A stretch of DNA of 64,000 nucleotides, taken from assembly GCA_965231015.1 (NCBI GenBank), contig OZ246408.1:857908-921907 (forward strand), in the 5' to 3' direction. Below, piece by piece: positions 59,412 through 64,000 of this stretch (positions are counted from its first letter, which is position 1; each line of letters opens with the position of its first letter). A program made the position numbers and the translations under genes. Below the pieces are notes generated by a model. It had not been told where the DNA came from. It did not search any database and saw only the letters and a program-made list of their open reading frames with translations. The DNA is from an uncultured Gammaproteobacteria bacterium (lineage in GTDB: Bacteria; Patescibacteriota; Patescibacteriia; UBA9934; CAZDDW01).

Positions 59412-59954
59412 CTATTCAGCACCGCGCATGGTTGCAAAAATCTCAGCAAAGTTCTCGACTTCGTATAAGAAGACGGAGAAGATTAGCAGTCCGTTTTTGT
59501 GTTCGTGCAAATAGTGGATTTTATTGTTACTGACAGAAGTTGTGTTTTCCATTTCAGTAACCATAAATCCGCCCTGATTTATTTTCTCTTCACGCAAAAT
59601 TTCTGTTCCACCGGCATATTCGTTATTAAGGGCGGCTTTAAATTCGTCCATGTTCATGCCTTCAGCAAAATACACAAAAACGATTGGATCATCTTTTTCT
59701 CCTCGAGTGGGATCAACCAATGACAAAATGAAACGCATCTCCTGGTCAAGATATTTGGTAGTGTCATCAATCTCCTTTTCTTTCAAATTATACATTCCCG
59801 GATATTGAAAAGAAAAACCAAACTCTTCATTGGAGTATGCCGGCCAAGTTGGAACTGTAGTGGCGGTCTCATACGGAGTTTCTTCCCCCTTACATCCTGC
59901 TCCCATCCCAACCACCAGGGCAAGAGCCGCGAAAGCCAAAACGACTTTTTTCAT
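59412..59954 (-). CDS. Putative lipoprotein
   Basis: Signal MKKVVLAFAALALVVGMGAG-C; YSNEEFGFSFQYP motif. Confidence 0.85.
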   Translation of the reverse strand: MKKVVLAFAALALVVGMGAGCKGEETPYETATTVPTWPAYSNEEFGFSFQYPGMYNLKEKEIDDTTKYLDQEMRFILSLVDPTRGEKDDPIVFVYFAEGMNMDEFKAALNNEYAGGTEILREEKINQGGFMVTEMENTTSVSNNKIHYLHEHKNGLLIFSVFLYEVENFAEIFATMRGAE

Positions 59955-59955
59955 A

Positions 59956-61227
59956 TTATTCTTCATTTAGATATGTTTCGATCTCACTTTCAAGATCGTT
60001 TAATTTAACTAGTCTGGTTTCATCACTACTTCGATACTTCCATTCAACTGAATCCTCAGCCAAAGTCTTTTCTGAGACAACGAGTCGTAGTGGGATTCCG
60101 ATCAAATCAGCGTCAGCAAACTTAGCCCCGGCCGAGGTGTCCCGCTCGTCCCACAGTACCTCGACTCCTTCTTCTTCCAAGTCATCGTGCAAAGCGCTGG
60201 CCACTTCTTCGATCCGACCTTGAACTGTTTCATCTTTCGAACTCAAAGTCACAATCTCAATATCAAATGGGGCCACGGTCTTTGGCCACACTATTCCCTT
60301 TTCATCATGATGGACCTCAGTGATTGACCCAACCAAACGAGAAATACCGATTCCATAACAACCCATGATAAGCCGGATTGGTTTTCCATCTTCACCTGCC
60401 ACATCAAAGTTAGTAGCATCAGTGTATTTTGTTTCGAGTGGAAAAATATTACCGACCTCAATAGATTTAATAGCCTCGATTTTTCCCTTGCCGCAACTTG
60501 GGCACTTATCACCATTTTCGTGTTCAACTAACTCCTTATTCTTGGCGTAATCACATGAATCACACCCAAAGACAATATCTTCTCCGTATGGAGTCGCAAC
60601 CTGAAACTCGTGTGTTACAAGATCAGTGAACGACCCTCCGCCCGCTTCAACAATTCTGGCATCCAACCCACATCGGTCAAATACATTCAAATACGCTTCT
60701 TTAGACTTTTCGTAATAATCTTCAAAGTCGGCTTCATTAAGATGGAAGCTATACATATCTTTCATAACAAACTCTCGACCTCGAAGCAGACCAGACTTTG
60801 CCCGGGCTTCATTTCGAAACTTTGTCTGAATCTGATACATGGATACAGGAAAATCTTTGTAAGATTTTACATATGTCTTAACAAGAGGTGTAACAACTTC
60901 TTCATGAGACCAGCCGAGGGCATAGTCCTTTTTTCCGTATCCTTCGGTTTTGAAAGCAACTTCTTCCTCCCATCGTCCGGTTCGTTCCCATTCAGATTTA
61001 GGGATTAGGGCTGGCATTAAAATTTCCTGGCCGTCAATGGCATCCATTTCATCACGGACAATATCTTTAACTCGTTCGAGCACACGAAGTCCGAGCGGAA
61101 GGTAGGTATAAATCCCAGCCGCAAGTTGATTAATAAATCCTCCCTGAAGCAGAAGTCTGGCGTTAGCTGAATTTGCGTCAGTTGGCTTCATTTTATTAGT
61201 TTTTCCGAAAAGTTTTGAGTATTTCAT
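59956..61227 (-). CDS. proS: Proline-tRNA ligase, short form without the editing insertion
   Basis: YQIQTKFRNEAR..GLLRGREFVMKDMYSF, IEVGNIF, MGCYGIGISR. Confidence 0.95.
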   Translation of the reverse strand: MKYSKLFGKTNKMKPTDANSANARLLLQGGFINQLAAGIYTYLPLGLRVLERVKDIVRDEMDAIDGQEILMPALIPKSEWERTGRWEEEVAFKTEGYGKKDYALGWSHEEVVTPLVKTYVKSYKDFPVSMYQIQTKFRNEARAKSGLLRGREFVMKDMYSFHLNEADFEDYYEKSKEAYLNVFDRCGLDARIVEAGGGSFTDLVTHEFQVATPYGEDIVFGCDSCDYAKNKELVEHENGDKCPSCGKGKIEAIKSIEVGNIFPLETKYTDATNFDVAGEDGKPIRLIMGCYGIGISRLVGSITEVHHDEKGIVWPKTVAPFDIEIVTLSSKDETVQGRIEEVASALHDDLEEEGVEVLWDERDTSAGAKFADADLIGIPLRLVVSEKTLAEDSVEWKYRSSDETRLVKLNDLESEIETYLNEE

Positions 61228-61324
61228 ACGCGGCTATACTACCAAAATCAGGACTCGGCGGCAAGCCCGGCAGAGCCGGGTCTGGCTTCGCCAGACAAAA
61301 AATCCGTTTTTTGAACGGATTTTT

Positions 61325-61401
61325 TGGTACAGGCGGAAGGATTCGAACCCTCGGCCTTCTGGTCCGAAGCCAGACGCTCTATCCAGCTGAGCTACGCCTG
61401 C
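61325..61401 (-). tRNA. tRNA-Arg(UCG)
   Basis: GCAGGCG...TCTGG-CT-TCG-GA-CCAGA...GGTTCGAATCC...CGCCTGT-ACCA. Confidence 0.96.
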
Positions 61402-61677
61402 ATGGTTTCCAGTTTCGATCTTCGGAATCGATTAATTTGAGCCTATCCCAATTCTTTTTTGAGGATTAATTTCATAAATTCGAGCAGATTGATTCAAATA
61501 ATTTTTGAGTCAATACAATTGTATTGGTGAGAAAATTTTTGGATCAAGATGCAAAATTTTGGAATTCAGACCAAAAACGGAATTTGGGAATAGGTTCAAT
61601 TTGTAGCCGCAGTATAGCGAAGATATTGACATTTGTCAACCAATCAGGTATATTCGTGGCACGCAAGGACAAATATT

Positions 61678-61755
61678 GCCCTGTTAGCTCAGCCTGGTTA
61701 GAGCAGTTGCCTCTTAAGCAAACGGTCGTAGGTTCAAATCCTACACAGGGCACCA
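61678..61755 (+). tRNA. tRNA-Lys(CUU)
   Basis: GCCCTGT...TTGC-CT-CTT-AA-GCAA...GGTTCAAATCC...ACAGGGC-ACCA. Confidence 0.95.
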
Positions 61756-61787
61756 AAAAACCACGGGTTTATTCCCGCGGTTTTTTT
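61755..61787. terminator. Bidirectional terminator
   Basis: aaaaaaccacggg-tttatt-cccgcggttttttt; overlaps the queH stop. Confidence 0.8.
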
Positions 61788-62341
61788 CTTGTCCCGTTTG
61801 GCGGGATGTTTGTTCTCGAATACACACAACCGCAATACTCTTGCCGGTATACGTCGAATTCTTTTGCGAGTAACTGAGACAGGTCTTCTCCTCCACCTTT
61901 CTTCCAATCTCGATCCACAAACTCGATCCCATACTCTTGGGCCGCTTCGAACCCGATCGGATTTACCTTGGTAGCCGACTTTCGTCGACCGACCGTGAGC
62001 GTGGTCGCAAACGCGTCGTATCCGTGTTCAGAAGCGTAACATGCGGTGGTACCGAGCCGGTGACTAAAACAGAGACTGCATCGATTTTCACCCTCTCGAT
62101 CCGAAGCATGACCCCGAACCGCTTCGAACCAACCCTGCGGATTATATTCTACTTCGATCAAAACCAGATCAAGCTCACGTGCCATTTCTCGAACCGATTC
62201 CAACCGTCGGACATACTCCTCTTTCGGATGGATGTTTGGATTAAAATAAAAAAGGTCAAGGTCATAATCATGCACCAACCTCCTGGGCACCCATGATCCA
62301 CAGGTGCCACAACAAACATGTAATAACAGCTTTGGTTTCAT
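61769..62341 (-). CDS. queH: Epoxyqueuosine reductase QueH
   Basis: LLLHVCCGTC, YFNPNIHP..EY..R, RCSLC..RL, YRQEYCGCVYS. Confidence 0.93.
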   Translation of the reverse strand: MKPKLLLHVCCGTCGSWVPRRLVHDYDLDLFYFNPNIHPKEEYVRRLESVREMARELDLVLIEVEYNPQGWFEAVRGHASDREGENRCSLCFSHRLGTTACYASEHGYDAFATTLTVGRRKSATKVNPIGFEAAQEYGIEFVDRDWKKGGGEDLSQLLAKEFDVYRQEYCGCVYSRTNIPPNGTRKKPRE

Positions 62342-63036
62342 TACCAACCCTTCTTTTCAATGGCATTCGCGGCCGCATCAACTTGTGCCTCATGTTTACT
62401 AGTCCCCTCTCCTTCAGCCACGAGCTCCTTTCCAAGATATACTCCAACCACAAATTTTTTATTATGATCCGGTCCGGTTTCTTCCATAACCTTATAACTT
62501 GGAGTAACCCCGAATTTGTCCTGAGCCGCTTCCTGAAAACGGCTTTTTGGATCAATATATAATTTTTGCTCCAAAACCCTGGGCAACTCTGACAAAATTG
62601 TGCGTCCGATAAAATCTTTTGACACGTCCCAGCCATGATCAACATAAATGGCTCCAATTATCGCCTCAAGAGCATTGGCCAAAATGTAACGCCTGGCTTT
62701 GGTGCTTGTATCCTTGGCCTCCCCCTTAGACAAATACATATATTCGTTCACGCCTAAGTTGTTGCAAACATCGGCACACATTTCCGCGTTTACAAGAGCC
62801 GCTCGCCAATTAGTTAACTCTCCTTCGGGATTATCATAATTATCATAAAGATGCTCGGTTACCACGAGCTCTAAAACCGCGTCTCCTAAGAACTCGAGAC
62901 GCTCATTGTGCCCCAAATGAAAACTTGGGTGTTCATTGATATATGAACGATGAACAAGCGCTTGGCGCAGCGTATCCTTATCCTGAAACGTCACACCGAG
63001 AGCTTCTTCCAACGCACTTAGATCTTTTTCTGACAT
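62341..63036 (-). CDS. rnc: Ribonuclease III
   Basis: HNERLEFLGDAVL and a dsRBD. Confidence 0.98.
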   Translation of the reverse strand: MSEKDLSALEEALGVTFQDKDTLRQALVHRSYINEHPSFHLGHNERLEFLGDAVLELVVTEHLYDNYDNPEGELTNWRAALVNAEMCADVCNNLGVNEYMYLSKGEAKDTSTKARRYILANALEAIIGAIYVDHGWDVSKDFIGRTILSELPRVLEQKLYIDPKSRFQEAAQDKFGVTPSYKVMEETGPDHNKKFVVGVYLGKELVAEGEGTSKHEAQVDAAANAIEKKGW

Positions 63037-63066
63037 GTGATTTGGTTAATGATAGATAAATAATGG

Positions 63067-63573
63067 TTAATTGGACTCCTTTGGATCTCCTGAGTCTTTT
63101 GAATCCTTTGTCTCCTTTTTCTTAGGCGGCTCCTTATCTACTTTCTTTTCTTCTCCATTCTTTAACATGTCTTTATAAATTGCTCCGAGTACCCCATTTA
63201 TGAAACGTCCTGAAGCCTCACCACCGAAACTCTTTCCAAGCTCAATCGCTTCATTGATCGCCACCTTGCTAGGTACGTTTTCTGAAAATTTGAGTTCATA
63301 TGTTCCAAGTCGCAAAATATTTCGATCAATCGTCGTAATAGTTTCAAGTGGCCAGTCCGGAGCAAATTGTGTAATCAAACTGTCGATCTCATCTTGGTTA
63401 TTTAAAACTCCCTCGACCAATTCCATAATAAAACCGCCGTCGTCAAACTGCGGAGCAAATTCTTGTTTATTGTTCTCTACAAATTCTGGGATTCGATCTG
63501 TTGGTTGTTCCAAAAAATCCCACTGATATAAAGATTGAAGGGCAATGTTTCGGGCAAGGTGTCGATTGGACAT
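63067..63573 (-). CDS. nusB: Transcription antitermination factor NusB
   Basis: RHLARNIALQSLY, IDRNILR, INEAIEL, FINGVL. Confidence 0.97.
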   Translation of the reverse strand: MSNRHLARNIALQSLYQWDFLEQPTDRIPEFVENNKQEFAPQFDDGGFIMELVEGVLNNQDEIDSLITQFAPDWPLETITTIDRNILRLGTYELKFSENVPSKVAINEAIELGKSFGGEASGRFINGVLGAIYKDMLKNGEEKKVDKEPPKKKETKDSKDSGDPKESN

Positions 63574-63637
63574 AAATGTACGTAAGAACTAAGGGGCTTA
63601 TTGATTAAAGGATACCACAGAAAGCTAAAACCGGGAA

Positions 63638-63949
63638 TTACTTCCCCGGCTTGTCAGCTTTGGTATTGGCTGCTTGATTAACCTGAGCTTTTTTCTCTGC
63701 CTCAGCACTAGCGGTCTCAATGTCAGCTGGAGCTTCGGCTTTGGCCTCGCGGCGCATCGCTCGTTCGGCTTCTCGACTGGTATCCACTACCTGCTTTTTA
63801 CTGTAAAAACCACAGTTTTCACAAGCGTGGTGTGGCTGCACCGGCTTATCACACTTAGGACAACTTGTAATAGTAGCTGAACTAAGAGCGTGATGGGCCC
63901 GGCGACGGCGGGTTTTTCCATGAGTTTGTCGTCTTACAGGTACGGACAT
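63638..63949 (-). CDS. rpmF: 50S ribosomal protein L32 with C-terminal extension
   Basis: MSVPVRR...CPKC...PHHACENCGFY. Confidence 0.94.
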   Translation of the reverse strand: MSVPVRRQTHGKTRRRRAHHALSSATITSCPKCDKPVQPHHACENCGFYSKKQVVDTSREAERAMRREAKAEAPADIETASAEAEKKAQVNQAANTKADKPGK

Positions 63950-64000
63950 ACAAATTGATTCAAATTATTGTGGCAGAATAGTATCAATTTAGCTAAATTT

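Noticed and set aside
61280-61296. Hairpin gtctggcttcgccagac resembling the tRNA-Arg anticodon arm (possible att remnant)
   Set aside because: It is too short, is in the opposite orientation, has no integrase nearby, and is explained as a simple cUUCGc hairpin.
1-64000. Alternative genetic code (UGA=Gly, as in Gracilibacteria/Absconditabacteria)
   Set aside because: Conserved genes are full length under code 11, and map ends at TGA at its expected length.

Overview
This window is part of a bacterial chromosome that reads in the standard genetic code and looks like Patescibacteria/CPR (Parcubacteria-like). That assignment is inferred from the absence of rpmD (L30) between rpsE and rplO, the Lys-rich ribosomal protein extensions, the AT-rich core start sites that lack Shine-Dalgarno motifs, and a tRNA-Arg(UCG). 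In order, the window holds: a type I restriction-modification operon with extra intercalated genes (1-5963); a patch of small accessory genes (6-13 kb); recO, ruvX, map, adk, secY and the spc/S10/str ribosomal cluster, where GC-rich orphan genes split fusA from tuf (13-35 kb); two PGM1-like ATP-grasp ligases, an M20 peptidase and a Cys-less glutamine amidotransferase, with structured RNA-like spacers (36-42 kb); and housekeeping genes (ndk, comEC, ugd, leuS, gdh, trxB/A, infB, truB, rny, HU, proS, queH, rnc, nusB, rpmF). The most unusual items are a complete tRNA-shaped gene whose anticodon loop is 35 nt instead of 7 (56129-56232), several unexplained structured ncRNA candidates bounded by promoter-like and terminator-like motifs, a 25-bp palindromic direct repeat bracketing an ArsR gene, and recurrent 7-9-mer tandem-repeat hairpins. 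All structures were paired by eye and no searches were run.
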